From positions 8,682,001 to 8,746,000 of the forward strand of contig CM052817.1 of assembly GCA_028534125.1 (NCBI GenBank): 64,000 bases of DNA. The letters are read 5' to 3'. Positions within the stretch are counted from its first letter, which is position 1, and each line of letters starts with the position of its first letter. Below, one piece after another: positions 51,690 through 63,667 of the stretch. The stretch is from Lama glama. Its lineage: Eukaryota. A model generated the notes under the pieces. That model did not search any database. It was not told the DNA's origin and was given only the letters and a program-made list of their open reading frames with translations. The translations under genes and the position numbers were made by a program.

Positions 51690-52480
51690 ACCAAACAGTT
51701 AAGGTTCTTTCTCTCATCTACTTTACATTTTAGGAGGGAAACAGATTAAAAAAATATAGCAAACACATTCATGGACAAGTCACTGTCAAGTGGGGATAAG
51801 TAATGTAAAGAAAATAAAATAGGTGTGTTATGGAGTGACGGGAAGAGGGACTTTCTAAATTGAATGACCAAGAATGACCTTATGAAGAGGATATTTGAGT
51901 TCAGACACAGAGTTCAGAGTGTCACAAACAAGCCAACTACGGGAAGGTATGGAAAGAGGGAGCAGAAGGTGCAAAGCCTCCAAAGCAGGATCAAGCTGCA
52001 CTGGCTCCCGGGGGAGAAAACAAAGAAGGAGAAGGCAGGCGGGAAGGGAAAGAGGCAGCAGCGGGGGAGATGGGGAGGAGAGAACAGAAGGCCAGGGTGG
52101 CTGGAGCAGAGTTAGAAAGGGAGGTGGGGAGGTGAGGTGAGCCACCACATTCAGTAGAGCCTGAGAGGTCACAGCAAGGAGTTTGAATTTTATTCTAATA
52201 ATGGTGGAAAGCCATTGGCAGGCCTTAGATGGGAGAGTGACATGGCCTGATTTGCATGGCTGCCTTGTGGAGAAGGGAGTGTAGCAGAAAGGAGAAGATG
52301 TCACAGTCCAGGTGAGAGATGACCATGACTTCAGACTAGGGTGGCCAGAGTAGAGGAAGAGTGAAGAAGTAAACTGCGTTTGGATAAAGTTTTCAGCTAT
52401 GCTTTCTTGGACTCACTGATGAATTGAATGTGACAGCAGGTGGGTGAGGGAAGAGAGAGGAAGTCAAGGATGCTTCTGAG
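51690..52480 (-). mobile_element. L2a LINE fragment
   Basis: gagcagaaggtgcaaagcctccaaagcagga; gaaggccagggtggctggagcagagt; aggagtttgaattttattctaa...ggaaagccattgg; cagtccaggtgagagatga; gagaggaagtcaaggatg. Confidence 0.8.
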
Positions 52481-54035
52481 AACACGTGATGTGCTTAACA
52501 TATCATCTGGGGACATGGATTCAGAGTAGTAAGATCACAGATAACCCAGAGATCAATGAGAGCAGAGTAATAATAATAACCATCTGTTTGCATAAGTATT
52601 ACTATGTATTATTATGTCTATTGTACAAATTAGGAAAAAAATGAGGCTTAGTAGGTTAAGCAGTTGTCCAAGGTCACATTGTCAGTAAGTGGTTATAGTC
52701 AATCTGCTTACAGGAGTTTTTCATGGAATAGGTGGCTGTTTTTGCCATAATAACCACCCCTGATTTACCACAGCCAGTGGGGAAGATACCACAGAAATGG
52801 GGGTAACACCAAAGCATGTGTCAAGCAGATATCAGCTGTGCCCCCAGTGTCCTGTGAAAGGAGACAGGCTTGGCTCAAATGCCATTCTTTTCTTCTCTGG
52901 AAATCTGATGCAGTACCTGAGATTTTGGCAAGTCCCAGGGTTGTTTGTTCATTATTTAGTTGTCATCTCTCAACTGATTCCCTATTATTTTTAACTTTTT
53001 TAGAAAATATTTTTGATGTACAAAAAGCTGTACATATTTAATATACAGAACTTGATGAGTTTAGGAAGAAATGCTCTTGAGCTTATTTCCAAAGTGGATC
53101 TTCATGATACACCTATAGAATAGTCAGAGAATGTGCCCATTTTACAGGGATGGACACTAAACTCAGCCATGCAAGTGACTTGCCTAAGGTCACATGGACC
53201 TTGGATGAAAGAGCCAAGATACAATGTCAAGTCTTCAGGCTCCATGATCAGTGGGTGAGTTATGGAAAAGTCTTGAATTCAAAAGTGGGAAAATCATAGT
53301 TGTGCCCAAGGACTTATTTGGTGTCAGAGGGTAGGAAGGACCAGAAGTTAAGAAGGCCAAAGACACAGGTAGGTAAATCAGATGAAGCTGAAATTTCCCC
53401 ATAATATACACACAACTATATAAACTCAATGTTACTTCCATCCTTACCTGGGGCAGCATGATACAGAAGGACAGACCTGTCCAATACTGGTATATTAAAT
53501 CTGACAGGTGAGTCCCATTTGCTTGACAGCACCACAGTTCACAAGGCAGTTGTGAGACTTTAATAAGCTTATTTTTATACTGACTTGATGCATGGTGAGG
53601 TCTTAGGTTCAGCCACAGACATCAAAGCTTAGCTTTGTGGATAGAACAATAGGAAGAAAAGAGACACAATCTCAAGGCAGTTATTAAAGGACAGTTTGCA
53701 GGTTTCCCCAAAGAAATATATTTATTCATACATTTATGGATAATAAAACAGCATGGTAAATGAGGTAGAAAGAAGGCGAAGACAGCGAGGAGAGAGGTGA
53801 GAAGGAACAAACCCACAGTAGTCAAGGCTGATTGCAGGATTCTTCGCAGGTGGAAAAAAACTCTCTTATATAAGAGCTCACCTTAACTGGAATGTTTGGG
53901 GACACATCAAAATGTGCCAGAGTGACACAAAGAGATCATTAAACCACCTTGCATCAGAGCTGCAGAGGAATTCTGGAGTTTAAGAGAAGGAAGATGCACC
54001 CGCAGAGTGAGAAATGAAGATAAAACTTTGAAGCC

Positions 54036-54190
54036 AGAGGAAAGAAAGAAGGAAGGAAGGAAGAGAAGGAAGGAAGGAAGGAAAGAAGGAAGGAAGGAAG
54101 GAAGGAAGGAAGGAAGGAAGGAAGGAAGGAAGGAAGGAAGGAAGGGAGGGAGGAAGGAAGGAAGGAAGGGAGGGAGGAAGGGAGGGAAAA
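54036..54190. repeat. (GGAA)n/(GGGA)n microsatellite in a 155-nt pure purine tract
   Basis: No C or T between 54036 and 54190; 14 uninterrupted GGAA units at 54088-54143. Confidence 0.97.
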
Positions 54191-54454
54191 TTAAGAACTA
54201 CCTCTGTCAAGTGTGAATTGAGAAATAGCAGTACTGTTTAATATTTGATATTCAGTTATGGGTTCTGCTCTCCTCCTGCTCTGTTCCTCATGCTGCTGTT
54301 GCACCCAAATCCCTTGTAAATTTCTCCTCCATGTGAATGTCCTCTGTAAATGGTACTTTCGAATATCTAAGAAAAGAAGCCATGTTCCATGACTGAGGTC
54401 AACCGGGACAAAGAAAGAAAATAGCCACAAGAGAAGATACACATATAGAAACAG

Positions 54455-54760
54455 GGAATCAGATTCATAGAAGCAGAAAGCAGAATGGTAGTTTCCAGGG
54501 GCTGAAAGCAGGAGGAAAGGGGGCAATGTTGGGCCAAGGGTACAAAGATTCAGTTAAGCAAGATGAATAAGACCTAGAGATTTACTCTACAGCAGAGTTC
54601 CTGTAGTTAATAATACTGTACTGTATACTTAGGAATTTGCTGAGAGTGTAAATCTAATGTGTTCTTATCATGAAAAAATTAAATGAAGAGGGTGGGAGAA
54701 AATATTTGTAGGTGTCAGATAGGTTTATGGCATAGGTTGTGGTGATGACTCTGCAAGTGG
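54455..54760 (+). mobile_element. L1MA/L1MB-like 3' UTR fragment
   Basis: catagaagcagaaagcagaatggtagtttccaggggctg...aagggtacaaagattcagttaagcaagatgaataag...tagttaataatactgtactgtatactta. Confidence 0.8.
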
Positions 54761-55129
54761 TAATTCTTCTCATAGGATGAAACTCCACCTCTCAGTCTGT
54801 TGTTTGAAGCCTCAACTGAGTTCCTAATCCATATCTTCAACTTTCTTCTTACATTCAAAGGAAAAAGCTTTGAGCAGAGGGTGAGGAGCTGGCAACAGCT
54901 TTATAATGTCATTTACAATGATCTATTACCATGGATCCTGTCATTTTTAAGCTACATGACCTTGGAAGAGATGACCAACCTTACTGAGTATCAGTCTCAT
55001 CACCAATAAAGTGCTTATTCTTATAAACATATCTACCTTCCAGTGTTATTTCTTAAATTATACTAAACAATGATAAATAATAAAATTCTATCAAATCACA
55101 AAAATAAACTTTATACTCCTTTAGACGAT

Positions 55130-55535
55130 TCCACTGTGCTTATCAAAGACTTGGATATGTAGTAACTTCTCAAGCTCAATACATCCAAGGCAAGAATTCA
55201 ATCTTTTCTTGCCATGCCACTATTATGCTCTCAGTTTCTCCTAACACTAGAAACACTTATGACATTTTCCACTCTTCCCTCTCCTTCCCCATATGCTGTC
55301 AGTCACCAAACCCACTTGATTCTACTAACTAAATAGCTTTGAAATCCTCCTGCTCTTTGCTGCTACTCCTTTTTAATTAGATCTTCAGAACTTCTTTTCT
55401 GGACGACTGCATCCGACTCCCTTCCGGTCTTTCCACTTAAATTTCTTTACATTGCGTTGTTCTACCCATCACCTAGTTATCAGAGCGACTGTTCTCAAAT
55501 TGAAATCTGATATGACTTTTTCCTACTTTAACTGT
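55130..55535 (+). mobile_element. L2 fragment
   Basis: ctcaagctcaatacatccaag; cagtcaccaaacccacttgattctactaactaaatagc; cagagcgactgttctcaaattgaaatctgat. Confidence 0.6.
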
Positions 55536-55640
55536 ACTATGCTTTAAGCATGAGGTTGGAGCGAAACTGGCTGAGATAGACTCTGGCACGTTTGACCTCT
55601 GTGATCTCAGTGGAATCATGTCAGTTCTTCAGTTTCTTCA

Positions 55641-56098
55641 TGTGGTGGCTCTGAGTATGTGCCCTTGAGATCTCCAACAGCAAGGAGAATCAAATGGACT
55701 GATGGCCCCAGATGTTGCCCTCTGAAATACATGAGCACACGCATGCTGACGCCAGGCTCCACACAGGCTCTACCAAGCAGTGACTGGAAACAGAAGGGCT
55801 ACTAAAGCAGATTCCTTCCTGAGATGCACAGGACCCCTCTGTTAGGGGTCTTTGGACTGAAGACTTCCCATTGGCCTTGTGGAACTTCCTCAGACTCACT
55901 GCAGCTTTGAACTCTTTCACTCAATATTTCTTCCTTCCTTTTGCCCTTCACAAAGGTTACACCTGCTTGCTGGTCTGCACAGCTACCCTAACCTCCACTG
56001 ATCCCTTCCCATTTTCCCTCATGTGTATTTCCCATAATGAACTTGTATACTTAATTTTTTTCTTGATATCTGCTTCTTAGGGGATCTAGGCTAATCCA
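55641..56098 (+). mobile_element. LTR16A-like ERVL solo LTR nested in a MIR
   Basis: TG...CA termini; perfect 5-bp TSD cttca (55636-55640, 56099-56103); removing it restores the MIR core cagtttcttcatctatgaaacagatgtaataatag. Confidence 0.88.
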
Positions 56099-56334
56099 CT
56101 TCATCTATGAAACAGATGTAATAATAGTAACTCCTTTATAGGACTACTCTGAGTATCAAACCTCACATGGGGATAAAACTCCTATAATAGTGTGTAGAAC
56201 CTATTTGACACTACAAAACAGCTTGCTGATGTAATGATCATATCAATTTTCTATTCATTCAACATAGCCTACTCTTTCATGGATCAATTATATATTCATA
56301 TATATACCCCTCTGCCAAAAAAGAAAATCCCTTT

Positions 56335-56645
56335 TATTTCAACCATGTAAAGTAACACTTATCCATCAGGGTTCAGCTTTGAAATCTTCATCTATGCAAT
56401 GCTTTCTTTAGCTCATTCTTTTTCTGTCTTTCTATGGCCCCGAGTACACCACCTTCACACCACTCACATTAGCATTAATCCCATTGTCGAGCCACAGATT
56501 ATTTGTTGCTACTATTGAAGCCTGAGGTCTTCAGTGGTTTATATTCTGTCACATCTATTTGTGGCGTCTGCATATTTTGCAAAATATCTGGCAGATTTTA
56601 GGGGTTAACATAGTAGGTTTTAAAAAATTTATTGAGTAAATGGAT
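56335..56645 (+). mobile_element. L2 3' fragment
   Basis: acttatccatcagggttcagctt...cttcatctatgcaatgctttct; ends aaaatttattgagtaaatggatg. Confidence 0.55.
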
Positions 56646-57179
56646 GCCTGTACATATGCATCATGTTGATTTAGTAGCAATACAAGGAATAAAAGAAGCC
56701 ACAGTATCACTCATGCTAGGAGATCTGACTTTCTTTGCTTGACGGAAATCTGTAACACTTGGAACTTCTTAAATTTTTCAGTATCAACCAAGTTAAATAG
56801 CTGTCCTTGGTTTTGGTGGAGAGGCACCTTAATAAAAAATAGATGCTACTCTTTCATAAATCACTGTGTCCTTCTACAAGTTTCTTCAGGCGCTAACAAG
56901 CTATAATTCTAAACCAAAGTCAGGCAAAAGCTACTGAAAACTCAACATTAGTCTTAGATTCATATTTTTATCTTGATCCTTCGACAAAAATTCAATACTG
57001 AAAGTCTTGAGAGGATAAGGCTGAAGCAGTGTAGTTCCTTTACATCCGTCCAAATTTTGTGCCCCACATTCCTGTCCAGTTGATTCTTTTTTTTTTTTTT
57101 TTAGTCTGTGTATTTACACTCCTAATTGTACCTTTTTATACTGGAACTAGTGAATGAATAATGATAATGACAGTTTTTA

Positions 57180-57800
57180 TGTTTGTTCACTAATTAAATA
57201 TTTCTCGTGCACCTACTCTGTGTCACATCCTGTTCTAAGCATTGAGGAAGTAGTAAAAACCAAAATAGCCAAAACAGGCTAAAACAAAACAAAATTAACA
57301 TCCAAATAAAAACCCACCTACCTTCATGGAGTTTACATATTGGTGGGGGAGACAGACAATACAGAAGTAAATGCAGAGAGTATTAGCTGGTGATTAGTTC
57401 TGTGGAGAAGAGTGTAAAAGTAAATTGGGAAAGAATTACAGAGTCCTGAGATTCCAGGGAATGTAAAGACTTTTAAACAGAGTGAAAAAGGAAAGCCTCA
57501 CTGGGAAGAGGACATCTGAGCAAACACCTTAAATAGCTGAAGAAACGAACTAGAAGGTAGCAGGGGGATGGTGTGCCAGACAGGACAAGTAGCAAGCGCT
57601 AAGTCTCCAAGATGGGGGAGTATGTCTGGAATATTCCAGTGACACCAGAAAGCCAGGGTGTTTGGAACAAGAATGTCTAAAAGGAGAAAGTATTAGGAGG
57701 TGAGGTCAGAAAGATAAAAGGAGCTAACCTGAGGACATTGTAAGGATTCTGGATTGTACCCTGAGTGAGATAAAGAGAAACTGAAGATTTTTAAAATAAG
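57180..57800 (-). mobile_element. L2a 3' end
   Basis: aaatatttctcgtgcacctactctgtgtcacatcctgttctaagcattgagga; ccttcatggagtttacatattggtgggggagacagacaat. Confidence 0.8.
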
Positions 57801-57855
57801 TTTCAAAGGTTTCCCCTGAGAAATGTATAGTCTTCAGTAAAATTAACACGTAGAT

Positions 57856-58420
57856 CTAGGAACCAAGGGGTGGAAGCAGGCACAGCGCTTTAACTATCGC
57901 TCTCAATAATCCACTTGGAGAATTTGAGCTTCCTTTTCCTGCAACTCTAGACCCTGAAGTGTTATGGATCTTAATTCCCAAAGGGACAATATTTCCACAA
58001 GGGGACAAAACAAGAGCTGTATATTGAGCTGTGGTTGTGCCTGGGCACTTGAGGTTTCTTGTATACAGGGACAGCAGGCAAGAGGACAAAGCACTGTCTC
58101 CACAAAGGTAACTGACCCTGGTCATGAGGAGGAGGTAGGGCTTCTTTTACACGACAGAGTTAAGTAGAAATATTTTTGGTGTCCAGGTGATCCGTCTTCC
58201 AATGGTGATTGTAACTGAACAGGAGCAGAAACTGTGGCCTGGGAAGAGCACGGTAACCAGGGCACATACCCCACAGGGAAGGAGGGTCTGGGTCTTACGA
58301 TAAGACAAGCCTCCAGCACCCGCAGAGGTGGTGGCTAAAGTCAAAGGGGATGTAAACTGGATAATGGAGAATGGAACTGAGTATCAGCTGTGGCCCCAAG
58401 ACTAACTGCCTAGGCAAGAG
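57856..58420 (+). pseudogene. ERV-L internal remnant: end of pol plus dUTPase-like region (ERV3-16A3/ERVL-type), frameshifted
   Basis: Across frames it reads SRNQGVEAG, NPLGEFELPFPATL, LIPKGTIFPQGD, QQAR...KVTDPGHEEEVGLLLHD (decayed dUTPase motif GVIDPDY.GEIGLLLHN), KPPAPAEVVAKVKGDVNWIME, EYQLWPQD; a LTR16-type LTR follows. Confidence 0.85.
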
Positions 58421-58497
58421 TTGTTGGTCTTCTAACTAACATCCCTTTTTTAAGTTCCCTTCAGGAGGAGTTACTTCTCAAGTGAATATGAATGCAC

Positions 58498-58937
58498 TTT
58501 GGGAATCACAGTGATGCACCATCCATATCTCCTTTCAAAGAAGGACTTACTGCCTTAGCTTCTGGATGTGCTGTAAGTAGATAGCTTTCAGTGTCCAAAA
58601 CTTCAGGTCTTGCTTTACCAGACCCATCTTGCTCAAAGACATGCTCTTGCCAGGGAAGCCTGTTGTAATGGCTGATTGAGGTGGAGATGTAAAAGTTCAG
58701 CTTTTTCAGTCCAATGTGGGACAGCTCTAACAGGACGCTTTGTACCCAGAGCTGCCTGTGAGCTGAGCTGAGGTTATCAGGACTGTACCTCAGCTCTATT
58801 TCTCCCTCTAGGAACTAATCCTGCTTCCTTTCACTCCTACAGGTGCTGGTCGCAAGGGCACTCTATAATACATATTCTGCTTGATAAACTTTCTCTGAAT
58901 CTGTTTATCTGTTTCCCAAGGAACCCAACCTGTGACA
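58498..58937 (+). mobile_element. LTR16C-like ERVL 3' LTR
   Basis: gtgatgcaccatccatatctcctttca...ccaatgtgggacagctctaacagg...cctacaggtgctggtcgcaagggcactctataata...gtttcccaaggaacccaacctgtgaca. Confidence 0.82.
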
Positions 58938-59849
58938 GGTAGGTAGGTGACTTCTGCTCCATGAATGGTTCTTTGAGTCTGATGACCACTCATATTGATT
59001 TCAATATTCAAATCTTAGAGGCAAATTGGTAAATTGGGGCTGGAGATAGTCCAATTGGCCCAGGCTAAAGTAGTTAGAAAAAGCAGGGCTAATTTTAGAA
59101 GGGGTGGAGAGAAAGAAAAACAGGAGACCAAAGAAGGAAAGATGGGTCAGAAAATTGCATAAGACTGGAACTACATGGGGTGGAGCAAGCCACTGAAAAA
59201 AAATTTTGGTGGCAATAAGGCCAAAAGAGTGTTTTTTAGTAACAATAATATCTGACATACAATTTTACATTGTTTGTTTTATCTTACATAAATTGTACCT
59301 TCATCTTCAATCTCAAGGAAAGTCTGTCACAGACAGAAGCTTTATATGGTAATTTTGGGGGGGGGGGAAGAACCATATCTGGATTAATAAAGTATAGAAC
59401 AGGGAGCAAGCTGACTCATTAATGTACCAAAATCATTGGAATCAGGAGCTCACAGTCATAGGGAACCACAATTACATAAGCTCTAGTGAAGGTGTTGGGA
59501 TTTAATCTGACCTAAATCTTCAGCAGTATTTGTGTTTTATTTTCTAAATTTTATTCTTTAGATTGTGCTTTCTTATGGACAGGAGCAGTGCCCATCATAC
59601 AACACAATGCCATGTTCATAATGATCTCTTCTTAAATGTTTGTAGAATAAATGTATATCAGCATAAATTAATATATTTAGTTTACAGACATATTTCTCCC
59701 ACTGAACCATGCAACTCTATGAATTAAGGCCTTTAAAAATTTTATATCACTAGAAGTACATAAAACAATGCTTAACTCATGGTAAGTCAGTTACTTGCTG
59801 AGTAGAATTCCTGAATTCTAGATGTCATGTCATGTCAAAGCAAGTCACA

Positions 59850-60623
59850 GATGCAAGTTATAAATTTACTGCCTCCTAACTCTTAGTCTACCCTACATTG
59901 CCTCCTCTGTGATAATAGAGATGGGTTCTGTGACTGTTTCTTCTTGCTACCTGGCATGATGCCAAGCTTTGTTAGTAGAGGGCACTGGGAAACACTGCAA
60001 GAGGAAGAGATTTTGCTTCCTGGTTCTGGTGTGCTCACTTTGCATGATCTTGTTGTGCAACTGACTTACCCAGCACCTGGTTCCTGCAGCAGTGCAGTTT
60101 CCCAATGCTTGTCTCCTACAGCACCCACAGCTTCTCCAGTACCCAGTTCCTACAGCACGTGATGGTCAACCCCACACCATGGCCAGCGGCTTCCTCCAGC
60201 AGGTGCTCTTCCTCTCTTGGGCAGGTTCATGGTGAAGTGCCTTCAGTGAGATACCTACCCATGAGCTATTTTGTCCAGGATCCTAGAGGACAAATTTCTA
60301 GCAAGTTCTAAAAGAGAGATTTTTCAGAAGCTTCCTCTAATATGGCAGTGGAGATGTCACCTAGTCATCTAGTGAGCCACTGCCATGCTCTCTCTGAGAA
60401 GGTCTGGAATCTCAGCTCTGGGGTCGTCTTCTTTGGACCCTCTGTCTCAGCCTTAGGGGCAATAGTTACTCTTTATATCTGCAATTCCTGTATCCTTTAG
60501 CATTCACTCTACTTATTACCAAAGCATCATCATTCTACTCCCCTTTTATAGTGAGATTCTTTATGTTAAACTTTACCCTAAGTCACTGTGAGATTTGTCT
60601 CCTGATTAAACCCTGACTGTATA
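59850..60623 (+). mobile_element. LTR41-like ERVL solo LTR
   Basis: aatttactgcctcctaactc...ctctgtgataatagagatggg...aagctttgttagtagagggcactgggaaacactgcaagagg; ends gtctcctgattaaaccctgactgtata. Confidence 0.8.
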
Positions 60624-61049
60624 GTAGCAAGCTCAGAACAATTCTGAGTTGAAAATTCACCATTCCACGTATTTACCCTATAAATTCCAGATATTTTCCA
60701 CAGAGTCCACAGACCTCAACAAACTTGAAACCTAGAGGAAACTCAGATTAACTCACTGTTCTCCAAAATAGTAATGGTATTCTTAGATCAATTATCAGCA
60801 AATATAGGCATATATGTTAAATATAATAAAAATATGAATGCTAGGCAAAATAAAGTTAAATAGTTTTGGTTTTGCTTTTCACTATGAGATTTTCTCAGAT
60901 CCTGTATCATGCCAATGTGAAATATAAACTTCTGAGAGGTAGATGCAGTATAAACGGTTTCTAAAGTCGATTTAACCACAGTCTCTTATTTGGTTAGTAT
61001 CTCACTAAAATGTGGTTCTCAGCTGTGTTGAAGAGCTGCCTTTAGGATT

Positions 61050-61235
61050 ATCTGGCTCAGTGGTTCATGCACCAGCATCAGCAGTACCTGGAAAATAGTT
61101 AAAAATGCAAATTCTAGGGCCCAGACCAACCATCTGAATCAGAAGTTCTGAGTGTGGAGTCTAACGATCTGTGTTTTAACAATGCCTCTAGGTGATTCTG
61201 ATACACCCAGAGATACGCGCTCGAGTTTGATGCAT
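61050..61235 (+). mobile_element. MER5A (hAT-Charlie)
   Basis: accagcatcagcagtacctggaaaatagttaaaaatgcaaattctagggccc...ctgaatcagaagttctgagtgtggagtctaacgatctgtgttttaacaatgcctctaggtgattctgatac. Confidence 0.8.
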
Positions 61236-62426
61236 TAATTTAACTTACTACTACCCTTTTATAGGTGTGGAGACTCAATATAACCTCAAAAAAAGTCAAA
61301 GACATCCATGTTCAAACAGCTTTCAAAAAACAAATTTGAATTTTCTGTGTTCAGATAAGCTTGCATTCCTGGTTCTTTCTTTTATGTCCAGCTTCAGTTG
61401 TGATTGCCTCTGAAATCTTTCCATAATCAATACCCTACATTTCTTGTGTGTGATAGGAAAACAGAAAATGGATTTGAATACATTAACAAGAATAAGCAAG
61501 CTTTATAAATATAAGACAGCATCTCAGATGTGGTAAGCACTTTGTCCCTGAGGTATTCAAACAGAGCAATAACCCTTTAGTGGAATATGGTATAGAGAAT
61601 TCAAACACTGAATGAAGTTTGGACCAGAAGAGACAGTCATTAAAGGCCATTCGTTCATGTGAATTTTCAGTTTTATGATTCCATAATATGGCGTTTTCTA
61701 TTTTATCAAATAATCCAAAATGTTCCTATGGAAGAGAAGTGTTTCAAATTGAGATAGAAAAATCTTACTGAGCTCTGCCTCCTCCCTCCTTCTCTCTCCA
61801 CAAAACAACTCGTACTTGGGCAGATGCTTCTCCTCATTTTCCATTTAGGTGGCATTTTCAAATATAGAAAACAATTTTGTAAACTCCCTGCCATTTCTGT
61901 GTTGCTTGGGCTCAACAGAGACCCAAATAATTTATGGAAAAACAGCACCTGTGTTTTCCCCAAGGAATGGCTTTCACAACATTGATGAATTTCAAATGAA
62001 GGGCATATACCTCATTCAAGTTAAATGGAAAGAAAGTTCTCTCCTCATTTCCAGAAAGTGATTGCAGAATATACTCCCAAAACTATTTTCTTGTCCCATA
62101 AAAAAGCATTAAACTGGATGTAAACATTTCATCCCAGATTCTACCCTTCGAGGAAAAGAAAGATGGTAGATTCAAACAATTTTATCAGAGGAAGAAATTC
62201 TAGGATTGATGTTTTCTGAGGATTTCTCCAATTTAATTGACTCATTATTTCATTTATGAAACACAATTTTGTGATGTACTCATTCTTTAAACAGATATTA
62301 ATTCAGTTAGCACCTACTGTATCAAGAATCATAATAATAAATGAATAAATTTTATTGGAGGCACAGCAGACTTTTAGTTCAACATAGAAGACTGAACACA
62401 TAAGTTTATCTCTTCTTTCATCTAAA

Positions 62427-62530
62427 ACGGAGGTCTGTGAACTAAGGCCTGTAGACAGACCGTATGTTTTATAAAGTTTTATTAAAACACAGTTACAACC
62501 ATTCATTTACATATTGCTTTATGAAGCTCG
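62427..62530 (+). mobile_element. MER58A-like (hAT-Charlie) fragment
   Basis: ggaggtctgtgaactaaggcctgtagac...taaagttttattaaaacacagttacaaccattcatttacatattg. Confidence 0.7.
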
Positions 62531-63170
62531 TTTATTTTTTCTGTTTGATTTTCTCTTTTTTAAAAAAAATTCTGTTTCATTTTGGGTTGTTTGTATTTTT
62601 ATGCCATCCTATTTCCAGGTCTTTTCTTCTGAAATGATTAATCTGCCATTGATCCCATTCATTGATTTCTTTTTTATAGATAATTTTTCCATCTCTAGAA
62701 ACTAGATTTTTATTTTTTAAAATATCCTACATGTCTTAGTTTCTTTCTCTTTAGTGGCCTTTTGATTTTTTTTCTTTTTTTTTTTTAACATCTGTATCAT
62801 TTCTGGGTCAGTTTAGATTCATTGGTCTTTTTTCTTCATTATGAGTTATATTCCCTGGGTAATTTTTAACTGGGTATCAGACATTGTGAATGTTATTTTT
62901 TTGAGTAATAGACATTTTTGAATTCTAATAAATATTATTAAGCTTTGTTCTGGATGCAATTAAACTACCTGCATCTGGGGAGAGAAGATTACAGGGAAGA
63001 GAATTAGGAGGAATAGTACACACCCACTACACAGGGCCAGGATTTACCTTCCTGACTGAAACAAATAAGCAATTAAACAAAAGACAAAATATATAAAATG
63101 ACTGGACATGAGGCAAGAAAAGTGAGTGATCCCTGAAAGATGCAAAACAAATAAGTTGCAGCAGAAGCAG
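62531..63170. mobile_element. Old L1M fragments (antisense piece to about 62970, sense 5'-region piece about 63000-63170)
   Basis: tttttaactgggtatcagacattgtgaatgtta...gctttgttctggatgcaattaaactac; ggatttaccttcctgactgaaacaa...gacaaaatatataaa...gtgatccctgaaagatgcaaaacaaataag. Confidence 0.6.
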
Positions 63171-63467
63171 AACTGGAGGTCTTGGAATAATGACGTGGTT
63201 ATTGGAAAAGAGAATGGATGCCACACTCAGGAACTGGAGTATTCATCAGTCCATGGTTTTCCACCTGGTGTAGCAAAATGTTGACAGTCCCCTCTTGCCA
63301 CAAGCACATTTGTCTGTTTATCCCTGAGTGTCATACTGCAAATTGAATTTTCTATGCACCACAGAGTGGAAAAGTTAGGGAAGATCTTTCTCAGATTTTA
63401 AGATTCAAAAGAATGCTTCTAAGACAAGTGAGGGAAACAATCCTGGTTGTATAAAGAGCATATTTTA

Positions 63468-63667
63468 TACATATATTTGAAAGTTGCTGAAAGTCTTCAT
63501 GGTAAGAAAAAAAAGTATAAATGTGTTTGGTGATGGACGTTAAACTAGACTCATTGTGGTGATCATTTTGCTATATATACATACATCAAATTATTTTGTT
63601 GTAGACCTGAAACTCATATAATACTCCTTGTCAATTACATCGCAAAATAAATAAATAAATAAATAAA
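63468..63667 (+). mobile_element. L1MA9-like 3' end with (AAAT)n tail
   Basis: atatttgaaagttgctga...ggtgatggacgttaaactagactcattgtggtgatcattttgctatatatacatacatcaaatta...acctgaaact...tgtcaattacatc then aaataaataaataaataaataaa. Confidence 0.85.

Noticed and set aside
51855..52304. 149-aa ORF and overlapping frames
   Set aside because: Entirely within a decayed L2 with low-complexity purine runs
53863..53876. Perfect 14-bp palindrome ctcttatataagag
   Set aside because: Seven-base arms are expected several times by chance in 64 kb of AT-rich DNA
53980..54216. Repetitive ORFs (PSFL)n and (EGRK)n
   Set aside because: Translations of the GGAA microsatellite
55641..58937. Single provirus bounded by two LTR16-type LTRs
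   Set aside because: The left LTR has its own TSD, the two LTRs are different subtypes, and the interval holds MIR and L2 sequence
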